A stretch of 64,000 bases of DNA, taken from positions 31,188 through 95,187 of the forward strand of contig CAVOIH010000032.1 in assembly GCA_963695885.1 (NCBI GenBank). The letters are read 5' to 3'. The notes beneath the pieces were generated by a model. The model had not been told where the DNA came from and did no database searches. It worked only from the letters and a program-made list of their open reading frames with translations. Position numbers and translations under genes: made by a program. This stretch comes from an uncultured Solirubrobacterales bacterium (GTDB lineage Bacteria; Actinomycetota; Thermoleophilia; Solirubrobacterales; 70-9). Shown here in pieces: positions 45,379-54,608 of the stretch (position 1 is its first letter; every line of letters begins with the position of its first letter).

Positions 45379-46881
45379 GTGAGTTCGCCCGGAGAAAACG
45401 ACACCCAGCCCCTGATCATCGTCTCGAACCGCGGTCCGGCGCAGTTCGAGCGCGACGAGGACGGCGAACGGTGGCTGAGGCGGGGCGGCGGCGGGCTCGT
45501 AACGGCCCTTTCCGGGCTGGCGGCGGAACGCGACACCCTCTGGATCGCATCGGCGATGACCGAGGAGGACATCGCCGTCAGCGAAGAGAACGAACATCGT
45601 CCGATCGGCATCGAGGTCGACGGCGTCGACTACAAGGTCCTGATGGTCGAAAGCGACCCCTGGGCCTACGACCAGTTCTACAACGTGATCGCCAACCCGA
45701 TCCTCTGGTTCATCCAGCACTATCTCTGGGACCTGTCGAACGCGCCGGACATCCGGGAGGCCGAGTTCCAGGCATGGGACGAGGGCTACCAGGCGGTCAA
45801 CCGCGACATCGCCGACTGCGTGATCAGGCAGATCGAAGGGATCGACGAGCCCCTGGTGATGCTCCACGACTACCACCTCTACACGGCGCCGGCGATGATC
45901 CGGGAAGCCCGTCCCGACGCCCTGATCCACCACTTCGTCCACATCCCGTGGTCGCAGCCCGACAGCTGGCGGGTCCTGCCGGCCCGTCTCCGCGAGGAGC
46001 TGTTCGCGGGAATGCTCGGCAACGACATCATCGGCTTCCACACCTCGACCTATTGCCACAACTTCCTCTCCTGCTGCAAGCGGCTGATGGGCTACCAGGT
46101 CGACTACGACGAGCTGAGCGTGACCCACCCGGGCGGCAAGACCCTGGCCCGGGCCTACCCGCTGTCGATCGACTCCGAGCGCCTCCACCGCACCGCCGGC
46201 ACGCCCGAGGTCGCCGTCGCCGAGGAGGAAGTGCTGGCCCGGCGCCGCGAGCACCTGATCCTCCGGGTGGACCGCGCCGACCTCTCGAAGAACATCCTGC
46301 GCGGGTTCACCTCGTTCGACACCTTCCTCTCGCAGCACCCCGAGTTCCGGGAGAAGGTGACCTTCATCGCGCACCTCCAGCCGTCTCGCCAGGACGTGCC
46401 CGAGTACGCCGAGTACCTCGAGCGGATCGAGGCCCTGGTCGCAGTGGTCAACCACCGCCACGGCACGACCGACTGGATGCCGATCGACCTGCGCGTCTAC
46501 GAGAACTTCCCCGAGGCGGTCGCCCGTTACAAGCACTTCGACCTGCTCATGGTCAACGCGATCTTCGACGGGATGAACCTGGTCGCCAAGGAGGCTCCGG
46601 CGATCAACCTGCGTGACGGCGTCGTGATGCTCTCCGAGAACACGGGCTCGCACGAGGAGCTCGAAGAATACGTCCTGACGGTCAACCCGTTCGACATCCA
46701 GGACCAGGCCGACACGATCCACCGGGCACTGACGATGACGCCCGGGGAACGGCGCCGCCGGGCTGACGGCCTGCGCGAGGTGATCGAATCCCGAACGCCG
46801 GGCGACTGGATCGACGACCAGGTGGCCGACATCGACCGGTTGATCCAGCGCCGTTCGCAGGAAGCCCTCGCCGACGAATAG
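45379..46881 (+). CDS. otsA: Alpha,alpha-trehalose-phosphate synthase (GT20)
   Basis: 500 aa, GTG start. LIIVSNRGP, GGLVTAL, HDYHL, NAIFDGMNLVAKE. Confidence 0.85.
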   Translation: MSSPGENDTQPLIIVSNRGPAQFERDEDGERWLRRGGGGLVTALSGLAAERDTLWIASAMTEEDIAVSEENEHRPIGIEVDGVDYKVLMVESDPWAYDQFYNVIANPILWFIQHYLWDLSNAPDIREAEFQAWDEGYQAVNRDIADCVIRQIEGIDEPLVMLHDYHLYTAPAMIREARPDALIHHFVHIPWSQPDSWRVLPARLREELFAGMLGNDIIGFHTSTYCHNFLSCCKRLMGYQVDYDELSVTHPGGKTLARAYPLSIDSERLHRTAGTPEVAVAEEEVLARRREHLILRVDRADLSKNILRGFTSFDTFLSQHPEFREKVTFIAHLQPSRQDVPEYAEYLERIEALVAVVNHRHGTTDWMPIDLRVYENFPEAVARYKHFDLLMVNAIFDGMNLVAKEAPAINLRDGVVMLSENTGSHEELEEYVLTVNPFDIQDQADTIHRALTMTPGERRRRADGLREVIESRTPGDWIDDQVADIDRLIQRRSQEALADE

Positions 46882-46890
46882 GATTGGGGC

Positions 46891-48315
46891 ATGAGTAGTT
46901 CACTGAGACTGACCGCCGGGTCGATCGTTCTGGCCGCCTGCCTGCTTCTTCCGGCAACCCGGGCGCCGGCGACCGACAATCCCACCGCCCCTCCTCGGCC
47001 CAAGCTCCACAAGTGCGACATCGGCGCGAACAAGCCGTTCCGCTGTGGCCGGGTGATGGTGCCGGCGGTCCGCGGCCTGCCGAAGCTCGGCAAGCAGAAG
47101 ATCGGGTTCGCGATCCGTCCCCGTGGCGACCGGTCGCGCCCGTCGAAGGGCGCGTTCGTGTTCGTCGAGGGCGGTCCCGGTTACGCGGCGACGAACTCCG
47201 ACTCGATCAAGCCGTTCGGGGCGGTCTTCGCTCCTTTCCTCGAGCGGCACGACGTCATCGCGATCGACCAGCGCGGCACCGGGCTCTCCAATCCGCTGAA
47301 CTGCAAACAGCTGCAGCGCGGACGGGTGCCGCAGCAGAAGGCGCTCAAGGCCTGTGCGAGGAAGCTCGGCCCGAAGTACCAGGGCTACACGACGGCCGAT
47401 TCGGCGGCCGACATCGAGGCGGTCCGCCGGGCGCTCAGGCTGCCGAAGCGCAAGATGATCCTCTACGGCGATTCCTACGGCACCTACCTCGGGCAGTCGT
47501 ATGCGGCCAGGTACGGCAAGGGGCTGAGGGGAATGATCCTCTCGTCCGCCTACCCCGGCAACGACCCCTACTGGCGGACGCTCTACCCGGCCGCGCAGAA
47601 GGCCGTGCGACTCTCCTGCAAGCGCTTCCCCGAGTGTTCCGGCAACGCGCTGGGACGGCTCAATCGCACGATGAAGCGGTCCGGGGTCAAGTCGCGGTTC
47701 GTCAGCAACATCCTCGGCTACCTCATGGGCACCGCGCCGAGCTACTCCCCCAACGGGTACCGGAACCTGAACACCGCGGTCTCGGCCTGGCTGCGGGGCA
47801 GCCGGAAGGAGCTGCACGAGCTGGTCGACCCCGGAGGCCCCGGTTCCGGCCCGCCCGGCTACTTCTCCGAAGGCATGTACGAAGCGGTCACCTGCAACGA
47901 TTACCCGACCCCGTGGAATCAGAGGTCCGCCATTCCCGGGCGCCGCAAGCAGTTCGCCCGGGCCATCCGGGACTTCCGTCCGAAGGACTTCTGGGCCCCG
48001 ATCCCCAGGGGCACCTGGATGAAGGATCCGGCCAGCGACATCGACAACTGCATAACGTGGCCGGGCCCGACCCCGCGGATCAAACCGCCGATCCCGGCCG
48101 GGAAGAAGATGCCGGGGAGGCTGAACACCCTGGTCCTCGCCGGCGAGTTCGACGCGATCACGACGGTGAAGGAAGCCCGGATGGTGAACCGGCGCTTCCC
48201 GCGCGGCCGCCTGTACGTGGTGCCGAACCGCGGCCACGCCTCGGAGCTCTACTACCCGTTCACGTCGCCGGCGACCGGGCGGATCCGCCACTTCGTCCGG
48301 AATCTCATCCGGTAG
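46891..48315 (+). CDS. Secreted alpha/beta hydrolase (tripeptidyl-aminopeptidase-like)
   Basis: 474 aa. Signal peptide, nucleophile elbow YGDSYGT, IDQRGTGLS. Confidence 0.75.
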   Translation: MSSSLRLTAGSIVLAACLLLPATRAPATDNPTAPPRPKLHKCDIGANKPFRCGRVMVPAVRGLPKLGKQKIGFAIRPRGDRSRPSKGAFVFVEGGPGYAATNSDSIKPFGAVFAPFLERHDVIAIDQRGTGLSNPLNCKQLQRGRVPQQKALKACARKLGPKYQGYTTADSAADIEAVRRALRLPKRKMILYGDSYGTYLGQSYAARYGKGLRGMILSSAYPGNDPYWRTLYPAAQKAVRLSCKRFPECSGNALGRLNRTMKRSGVKSRFVSNILGYLMGTAPSYSPNGYRNLNTAVSAWLRGSRKELHELVDPGGPGSGPPGYFSEGMYEAVTCNDYPTPWNQRSAIPGRRKQFARAIRDFRPKDFWAPIPRGTWMKDPASDIDNCITWPGPTPRIKPPIPAGKKMPGRLNTLVLAGEFDAITTVKEARMVNRRFPRGRLYVVPNRGHASELYYPFTSPATGRIRHFVRNLIR

Positions 48316-48325
48316 CCGGACCCGC

Positions 48326-48868
48326 TCAGCGCGGCGCGAATTCCTGGGAACCGTCGCCCGGCGGCGGGTTCGGTACCGGAGTGGCCGGAGGCGGGGCCGG
48401 TGCCGGGGCGACCGGGACCGGCGCGGGTGCCGGGGCGGGGGCAACGGCCGCCGGAGGGGCCGGGGCCACCGGCGCCGGTGCTGCGGGGGCTCCCGAGCCG
48501 GCAGGTTTGCGGGTGGATCCGCCGTGCGTTCGGGCGGCCCGGCCGGCCTTGCGGGGCACCCGGGGACGGTTCCGGCGACGTTCGTCCCGCGGTTTCGCGG
48601 CGCGGCCCTTGCGCTCGCCCGCCTCCTCACCACGCTTCTGTTCGTTCCGGCCTTCGCCGTCATCGGACCGGGCGTGGGGAGGGTCCCGGGGTTCCGGGAG
48701 CAGGGATCCGGGGTTGGTCTCGGACGCCGTGAAACCCACATCAGGTGGCAGTTCCGGCGGTTCGGGCGTCTTCAGCAGACCGGGCAGGACGGAGAGCCCG
48801 AGCACCACCAATCCGGCCACGGCGGCGACCTTGATCGCGCGTTCCCGATCGATCCGGAGCTCCTTCAT
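48326..48868 (-). CDS. Hypothetical membrane-anchored Pro/Arg/Ala-rich protein
   Basis: I chose the ATG at 48868 (MKELRIDRERAIKVAAVAGLVVLGL...) within track ORF 48326-48907. Low-complexity C-terminus. Weak call. Confidence 0.35.
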   Translation of the reverse strand: MKELRIDRERAIKVAAVAGLVVLGLSVLPGLLKTPEPPELPPDVGFTASETNPGSLLPEPRDPPHARSDDGEGRNEQKRGEEAGERKGRAAKPRDERRRNRPRVPRKAGRAARTHGGSTRKPAGSGAPAAPAPVAPAPPAAVAPAPAPAPVPVAPAPAPPPATPVPNPPPGDGSQEFAPR

Positions 48869-48932
48869 GCCGGTTTCAGGTCGGGGCCGGGAAGTCTCTC
48901 CCCCCAAAGCCCGTTATAGTCCCGCGTCGATT

Positions 48933-49331
48933 TTGTCTGAAGAACCCCGCCAATACGAACTGGTCCTCATGCTCGATCCTGATCTGGCCGAGGAAAACCG
49001 TGAGAAGCTTGCGTCTGAGACCAAGGCTTCGATCGAGGCATCCGGAAAACTCCTCCATGAAGACAACTGGGGAATCCGCGAGATGGCCTACGAGATCAAT
49101 CGCAAGAAGGAATCGGACTACCGCTGGTACCGCTTCGACGCTCCCCGCGATCTCCTGACCCAGCTGGACCACACCCTGAAGATCACCGACGGCGTCGTCC
49201 GTTTCCGCGTATTCAAGGTCAACCCCGACGCCCCTGTTCTGCCGGCCCCTCCGGCCACAGCCGCAATCATGCAGCCCACGGGCGATGACGATGAGCGCCG
49301 GGGCCGAGGCGGCCGTTACCGCGACGAGTAG
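48933..49331 (+). CDS. rpsF: 30S ribosomal protein S6
   Basis: TTG at 48933 inside track ORF 47013-49331. MSEEPRQYELVLMLDPDL...GKLLHEDNWGIREMAYEI...YRWYRFD is the canonical S6 pattern. Confidence 0.85.
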   Translation: MSEEPRQYELVLMLDPDLAEENREKLASETKASIEASGKLLHEDNWGIREMAYEINRKKESDYRWYRFDAPRDLLTQLDHTLKITDGVVRFRVFKVNPDAPVLPAPPATAAIMQPTGDDDERRGRGGRYRDE

Positions 49332-49740
49332 TCGTCTCGTAGTGCCTGCGGCCCGCTTGGGTCGCCAACAGGTAGCTGGCGTAGACGAGGTCAGCAACTC
49401 GAGACATCGAAGTTGGCTTTCCATAACCAGTGACCTTGAACCTTCCGGCGCTATTCACAGGGAACTTCAACCTGGATGCAGAGCGTTGACCTCTCCGAGA
49501 GGGCGGAACCGCCCTTCTTCCCTGATCCGGGTCCGCCCGCCATCGCGGTAGACCGATACCCATATCGCGGCAGACCGGAATCCGTCCCAAATTCCGGCTT
49601 TGGGGGGCGAGAAATTCCGTCCCGTCCCTTTTGACCTCATCACGTCTCGTTAGATTTGGACTCTTGCTGCCGACACTCCCGTCAGCAGTGCAAACGCAAA
49701 GTCTGTTGAGACGGAAAGAACAACGAGGAGCGAATACGCA

Positions 49741-49830
49741 ATGGCTGAGAACATCAACATTTACAGCCCTCCACGTTCTGTTCGCGGTTGTTCGCCGAGT
49801 GCTGAGGTCGGCAGCCGTTCAAGTCCGTGA
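49741..49830 (+). pseudogene. Orphaned ssb 5' end (attL-like): GGAG, 10 nt, then ATGGCTGAGAACATCAAC, running into a 29-codon dead ORF
   Basis: The first 18 nt match the ssb start at 60189-60206 in 15/18 positions and encode the same MAENIN. The RBS spacing is identical. Similarity stops after codon 6. Confidence 0.7.
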
Positions 49831-50068
49831 CGTCGGGACATTAGGCTGTCAAGGGCCATCAGGAGTTGATGAGCTGGTCCGCTTGATTCCTACCAGGGTT
49901 ACCAGCGCAAAGTGCCGCATGAATGCGAACTTCGGGTTTGACATGCCCAGGTGGATCGCATAGGCTGGCCCGACTGTAGGTTTAGGAGAGGAATCAGAGC
50001 ATGGGTGTGACGCAAATGGGAGGATCCGGTTCGCGTCGGACGACGAAACGGGTCACCGGGAGATCGAA

Positions 50069-50656
50069 TTGACTTCGGTCCGAAAAGCTACGCTCGTCTC
50101 ACGACGTCATCTCCTTTCTCGATTCACCATTTTATCTATCGGCGGGGCGGTCGCGTCTCTTCCTTTCGTAGGTTCTACCAACGCATCGTCCGCAGGCGAG
50201 GGCGAATCCGGTCACTTATTTAGCGATTCGGAAGAGGTGCACTCGACGATAGGCGTCGCGATACAGAGGTTTGTCGAGCGAGAAGACGTCACTCCCCCCT
50301 TCGGCCAGGAAAACTTGACCGTCGGGATATTGCTCAACGATCCGCAGGCGAACATCGTCGTGAGCTTGAATGGTGAGAATGGTTCCGTGACTTTTGACCG
50401 GGAGGCGCTGCCACCCGACTCCGCAGTTTCGATGAGCGCGAATACCGCGCACGATCTAATTTCCGGACAACGAAACCTTGGCAAGGTGACCAGCGCGAAC
50501 GAGATCGTGGTGGTGGGAGATCGACAGGCATTGGCAGTTCTTTCACCTTTTCCCGAGAGCGTGCGACCCCACTACAAGGCCGCCCTTGGCGATGAAAGGC
50601 GCTCCGACCTACTGGTCAACTGGGACAAAGAGCCTCAACTAAAGGATGAGAAATGA
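50069..50656 (+). CDS. Tat-signal secreted protein with SCP2-like (sterol-carrier-like) C-terminal region
   Basis: 195 aa, TTG start. SRRHLLSRFTILSIGGAVASLPF twin-arginine-type signal. SMSANTAHDLISGQRNLGKVTSANEIVVVGD resembles the SCP2 fold motif (from memory). Confidence 0.5.
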   Translation: MTSVRKATLVSRRHLLSRFTILSIGGAVASLPFVGSTNASSAGEGESGHLFSDSEEVHSTIGVAIQRFVEREDVTPPFGQENLTVGILLNDPQANIVVSLNGENGSVTFDREALPPDSAVSMSANTAHDLISGQRNLGKVTSANEIVVVGDRQALAVLSPFPESVRPHYKAALGDERRSDLLVNWDKEPQLKDEK

Positions 50657-51866
50657 CCCCGGTACCCGGACCATATCGTGGGTTCAGTCTTTGGGATCCT
50701 GCTGTTCAGCCGACCCTTCCAGCCGACCCTTCCAGCCGATCATTTCACTGCAGTCGAGTCGGCCGAACGGCAGGCCGCGATGGGTGCGAATATAGGTCGC
50801 ATCAACATCAACTGGGGCGGTCAGATGGGCGGTTATTCTGGCAGTGGAACGCCTCTGCCGGCTCTTCAGGCTACTTCGTCGAGTAGCTGGAACTACGGCT
50901 CAGTTAGATCGAATCAAAGACATCGTGAGGGCCGCCAGGTCATTCAAGTCGACCTACCAGGTGCTTCCAATGATCGACGGGTTGCCCACTTGGGTCGATG
51001 GACGCGATTCGGGCGGTCATTACACAACCACCGACGCGGGTGCCAACCAGTATGGAATCGCGGTGGGGCAAATAATGGGCTATCTCAACAATGACCCGAC
51101 ACTGCCTGATGTTTGCAACTTTATTGAGCTGTCGAACGAACCGAATCAGAAGGTTACCTCCGGCACGCCTCATGCCACTGCCATCCCTCCTGAGGACTAT
51201 GGGCGGATGGCTGCCTATGCGACCCATTGGGCGGACTACTGCGGCGGTCAGAAATCCGATGGAACTCCGAAGAGAAATGTGCTCGCGGGTGCGCTAGCGA
51301 TCCGGGGCGGTCGAGCCTCATTCGTGAATGACTGGTTGCCCGAAGAATACGCAGCAAGCATGCGAGATGCGATCAATACCTACCTCTACCTGCTTAACCC
51401 CACAAACGCCACCAAGCGGGGGATCCTCCAGGCCGCGTGGCGAGGCTCCTTTCATCCGTACGCAAACCTTGGAAACAACCAAAACGGATTCGCTTACACC
51501 GATCCGCTAAATCCTTCTGACGACAACACTGCCGCGGAGGGCTCTGCGACTGTCATGGACACCTACCTCAGCAGGTTGAGACCGGTCTTCGGAACTACTC
51601 GAAAGTTGTGGTTCACAGAAACTGGAATCTCTAGCAACAAGATCGGCGCTAGTGAGCATGCCACGTTTCATGCGGCTGTTTGGTTCGGAGTAGCCTCATA
51701 TCCACAGGTCGAAGGCGTGATCAACTTCGGCTTCACCGACCTTGACCCGTTGATGACTAGCCCGACGGGTCTCTACTACAAGCTGGGTGTCGTTGAAGCA
51801 AGCGACGGGAAAACCTACAAGCCAGCTGGGAACACGCTCAAGGGGATCTGGGATGCCTGGATATAG
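50653..51866 (+). pseudogene. Clan GH-A (TIM-barrel) glycoside hydrolase, apparently frame-disrupted
   Basis: The coding signal runs through three frames. It starts at ATG 50653 (ATGA-coupled to the upstream stop), moves to the frame of ORF 50678 (GANIGRININWGG), then to the frame of ORF 50844 (IELSNEPN acid/base, SFHPY, WFTETG nucleophile). A 13-bp tandem duplication at 50710-50735 explains the first shift. Confidence 0.5.
50710..50735 (+). repeat. 13-bp x2 tandem duplication (ccgacccttccag) causing a +1 frameshift
   Basis: Read directly and anchored on ORF 50678 codons. Both frames read QPTLPAD across the two copies. Confidence 0.85.
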
Positions 51867-51972
51867 TCGAGAGTTTCAGACTCGGAACGGACCAGCAAAG
51901 CCCCCTGCCCGCAACTTAGGCAACTTCAGCGGTTTAGCTCATCGAGAACGCAATCCGAGGAGACGCAGAGCG

Positions 51973-53172
51973 ATGAAACGCCTGAAGAGTTTAAGCCTTT
52001 CCGTAATTGGAGTTGTCCTGCTCGGGGCGGGGCTTTCGCAGGTTGCTGAAGCCACGGTGCCCGGGCAGAACGGAAAGATAATGCTCGAAAGCAATGTCAG
52101 CGGCGCCGTGAAGCTCTTTACCGTGGATCCGCGCGGGGGCCCTTTGACTCAGATCTCTTCGGGTTCGGAGAGCAGTTACGATGCTTCTTTTTCCCCAGAC
52201 GGCACCCGGATTGTCTACGTTCGGAACAACCCGGACGACCAGCTTTGGACCAAGCCATCATCAGGCTCGGGTGGTCAAGAAGTGCCCTTGACGGATAACT
52301 CCGATTTTGACTCGAATTATCCAGGGGCCCCGGTTTACGCTCCAAACGGTGAATCGATCGTTTACAACGTTGCGGAGATTTTCGGTGGACCGGGCGAAGT
52401 ACCCCCGGTCGAAGAACTTCGAAAAATATCGGTCGAAGGTGGAGATGCCGCACCGTTGGGTCAGTGGGCGAGCTTCAGCTTGAACCCCGACATTTCGCCC
52501 GACGGGTCGCGAATCGCGATCGTGGATGCTGGCGGCTCAGAATCAGTAATTCGAATACTCACGATTGGTGGGACAGTTGTCAGCACACTTCCAACAGCAG
52601 GTCTAGCCGCAGACAATCCAACTTATTCAGCGGATGGATCGCGCATAGCATTTACTGGTACGGCCGGAGGCATCCGGCAAATCTTTTCGATCGGGGCCGA
52701 CGGTACCGGTCTGGATCAGCTAACCAGTGACCCAACTGAGAAACGTCGGCCAGTTTATTCACCAGACGGCACTGCCATCGCTTACTCGGATGCCAGCGGG
52801 GGCGCGATCTTTGCGATGGAAGCCGATGGTTCGAACCCCCACGAAGTGGCTTCAACACCTGCCTTCGACACCATGGCTGACTGGCAGCGGAAGACACCGT
52901 TTCTGGTTCGGAAAGTAAATCCGTTCAAGCGCACTGTTCAAACACGGATATTCGGGCCGGGTCGCCTCACAGTGTTCGGCAAGTCCGTTCGCAGGTCTTC
53001 GAAGATGGCGAAGTCCTCGGGTATGAAATCCGTCGCCCTTCGCCTGAAGAGCAGCACGAAGAGAAGGCTGGTCAAGCGTGGTCAGGCCCGATTCCCTGTC
53101 AGCATCAGGTTCGCGCCCAAGGGGGCCCTGTCAACGACCCGCAAGACGATCGTCCGCTTGCGGACTCGCTAA
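51973..53172 (+). CDS. Secreted TolB-like beta-propeller (PD40 repeat) protein with basic C-terminal domain
   Basis: ATG at 51973 inside track ORF 51787-53172, with a GAGGAG RBS 10 nt upstream. Signal peptide, repeated SPDG(T/S)RI(V/A) motifs, K/R-rich last ~90 aa. Confidence 0.7.
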   Translation: MKRLKSLSLSVIGVVLLGAGLSQVAEATVPGQNGKIMLESNVSGAVKLFTVDPRGGPLTQISSGSESSYDASFSPDGTRIVYVRNNPDDQLWTKPSSGSGGQEVPLTDNSDFDSNYPGAPVYAPNGESIVYNVAEIFGGPGEVPPVEELRKISVEGGDAAPLGQWASFSLNPDISPDGSRIAIVDAGGSESVIRILTIGGTVVSTLPTAGLAADNPTYSADGSRIAFTGTAGGIRQIFSIGADGTGLDQLTSDPTEKRRPVYSPDGTAIAYSDASGGAIFAMEADGSNPHEVASTPAFDTMADWQRKTPFLVRKVNPFKRTVQTRIFGPGRLTVFGKSVRRSSKMAKSSGMKSVALRLKSSTKRRLVKRGQARFPVSIRFAPKGALSTTRKTIVRLRTR

Positions 53173-53255
53173 CTGACGTTCGCTAGACCAGGTCGGGTAG
53201 TCAGCCCGAGATGGCTTAGGTAGATCGCGCGGAAAGACACAGAGTTCTTCGTCAC

Positions 53256-54396
53256 TAGTGTAGTGTCTCACAAATACATTGACATACGGTCGGTGAGCCG
53301 GTAACCTCGACCGCATGCCGAAAGCTGCCGCAGTCACGGTCGTATCCGACGAACAAAGGGCGACCCTGGAGCGCTGGGCCGGCGCCCACAAGACGCCGCA
53401 GAGCATCGCCACCAGGGCCCGGATCGTGCTGCGGGCCGCGGCGGGCGAATCCAACAGCGCGATCGCACGAGAGCTCGGGGTCTCGCGCCCGACGGTGATC
53501 ATGTGGCGCCAGCGCTTCGCCCGGGGCGGGCCGCCCGCGCTGGCCGAGACCAGGCCGGGTCGGGGGCGCAAGCCTTCGATCCCGACCAGCAAGGTGAAGG
53601 CGATCATCGAGGCCACCACCCAGACCACCCCGCCAGGCGAGACCCACTGGAGCTGCCGGACGATGGCCGAGGCTCAGGGCGTGAGCCCGGCGACGGTCCA
53701 GCGGATCTGGGATGCGCACGGTCTCAAGCCGCACCGGGTGCGGAGCTTCAAGCTCTCCAACGATCCGCTCTTCTTCGAGAAGCTCACCGATGTCGTCGGG
53801 CTCTACCTGAACCCGCCCGAGAGGGCGATCGTCCTTTGCGTCGACGAGAAGTCGCAGATCCAGGCACTCGATCGCACCCAGGCGAGCCTGCCGATGAAGA
53901 AGGGCCGGGCAGGGACGATGACCCACGACTACAAGCGCAACGGCACGACCACCCTGTTTGCGGCGCTCTCGATGATCGACGGCCGGGTTATCGGAGAGTG
54001 CCTTCCCCGCCATCGCCACCAGGAGTTCCTGAGGTTCCTGCGCACGCTCGATCGGGAGTTCCCCGGTGAGCAGGAACTGCATCTGATCGTCGACAACTAC
54101 CGCACCCACAAGCACGCCAACGTCGACAAGTGGCTCCGCAGGCACCCGCGCTTTCACCTGCATTTCACCCCGACCTCGAGCTCGTGGCTGAACCTGGTCG
54201 AGCGCTGGTTTCGCGAGCTCACCGAGAAGGCGATCCGTCGCGGCGCCTTTTACTCGGTGCCCGACCTTATCGAGGCGATCGAGGAGTTCCTCGAGGTACA
54301 CAACGACGATCCCAAGCCGTTCGTGTGGACGGCGTCGGCTGAGGCGATCGTCGCGAAGGTGAATCGATGTAAAGCTGTTTTAGAGACGGTGCACTA
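53256..54396 (+). mobile_element. IS630-family insertion sequence, flanked by a TA duplication
   Basis: Imperfect terminal inverted repeats: GTGTAGTGTCTCAC... on the left, and GTGCACCGTCTCTA... as the reverse complement of the right end. A TA sits at both junctions (53256-57 and 54395-96). About 1.14 kb, with a single DDE transposase ORF. GC is visibly higher than the surrounding island. Confidence 0.8.
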
Positions 54397-54397
54397 G
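53315..54397 (+). CDS. IS630 family transposase
   Basis: 360 aa. N-terminal HTH (SNSAIARELGVSRPTVIMWRQRF), DDE region ...LCVDEKSQIQAL...IVDNYRTHK...WLNLVERWF. Confidence 0.9.
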   Translation: MPKAAAVTVVSDEQRATLERWAGAHKTPQSIATRARIVLRAAAGESNSAIARELGVSRPTVIMWRQRFARGGPPALAETRPGRGRKPSIPTSKVKAIIEATTQTTPPGETHWSCRTMAEAQGVSPATVQRIWDAHGLKPHRVRSFKLSNDPLFFEKLTDVVGLYLNPPERAIVLCVDEKSQIQALDRTQASLPMKKGRAGTMTHDYKRNGTTTLFAALSMIDGRVIGECLPRHRHQEFLRFLRTLDREFPGEQELHLIVDNYRTHKHANVDKWLRRHPRFHLHFTPTSSSWLNLVERWFRELTEKAIRRGAFYSVPDLIEAIEEFLEVHNDDPKPFVWTASAEAIVAKVNRCKAVLETVH

Positions 54398-54608
54398 CCG
54401 AAGTATTCTGGGCCAACGCTCCCCTAGAGCTTTCAGGGACGGGTAGGCCGAAATGGGCGGAGCGAATGCGGTGCATGGGTTGCCTGGCGACTTGGCACAC
54501 TGCCTTTCGATGCGGGAGCCAATCTTCAGCAAACACCCCGATTGGCGTTGTTCGCCATGTTCGGCAGTGTCCGTTTAGCGTCCGAGTTCTGTTCTAGCAT
54601 TACGGAGC

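Noticed and set aside
49267-49590. 107-aa minus-strand ORF overlapping the rpsF 3' end and the spacer
   Set aside because: It overlaps the well-supported rpsF coding region in antisense. It has an R/G-rich shadow-frame composition and no motif.
49631-49656. Putative promoter TTGACC ... TAGATT upstream of the orphaned ssb start
   Set aside because: The spacer between the hexamers is only 14 nt by my count, outside the usual 16-18 nt. Not reported as a feature.
50001-50072. 23-codon ORF (MGVTQMGGSGSRRTTKRVTGRSN) with a good AGGAGAGG RBS, whose TGA overlaps the TTG start of the Tat-SCP2-like gene
   Set aside because: It is too short and compositionally unremarkable to call. It could be a leader peptide, but there is no support beyond the RBS.
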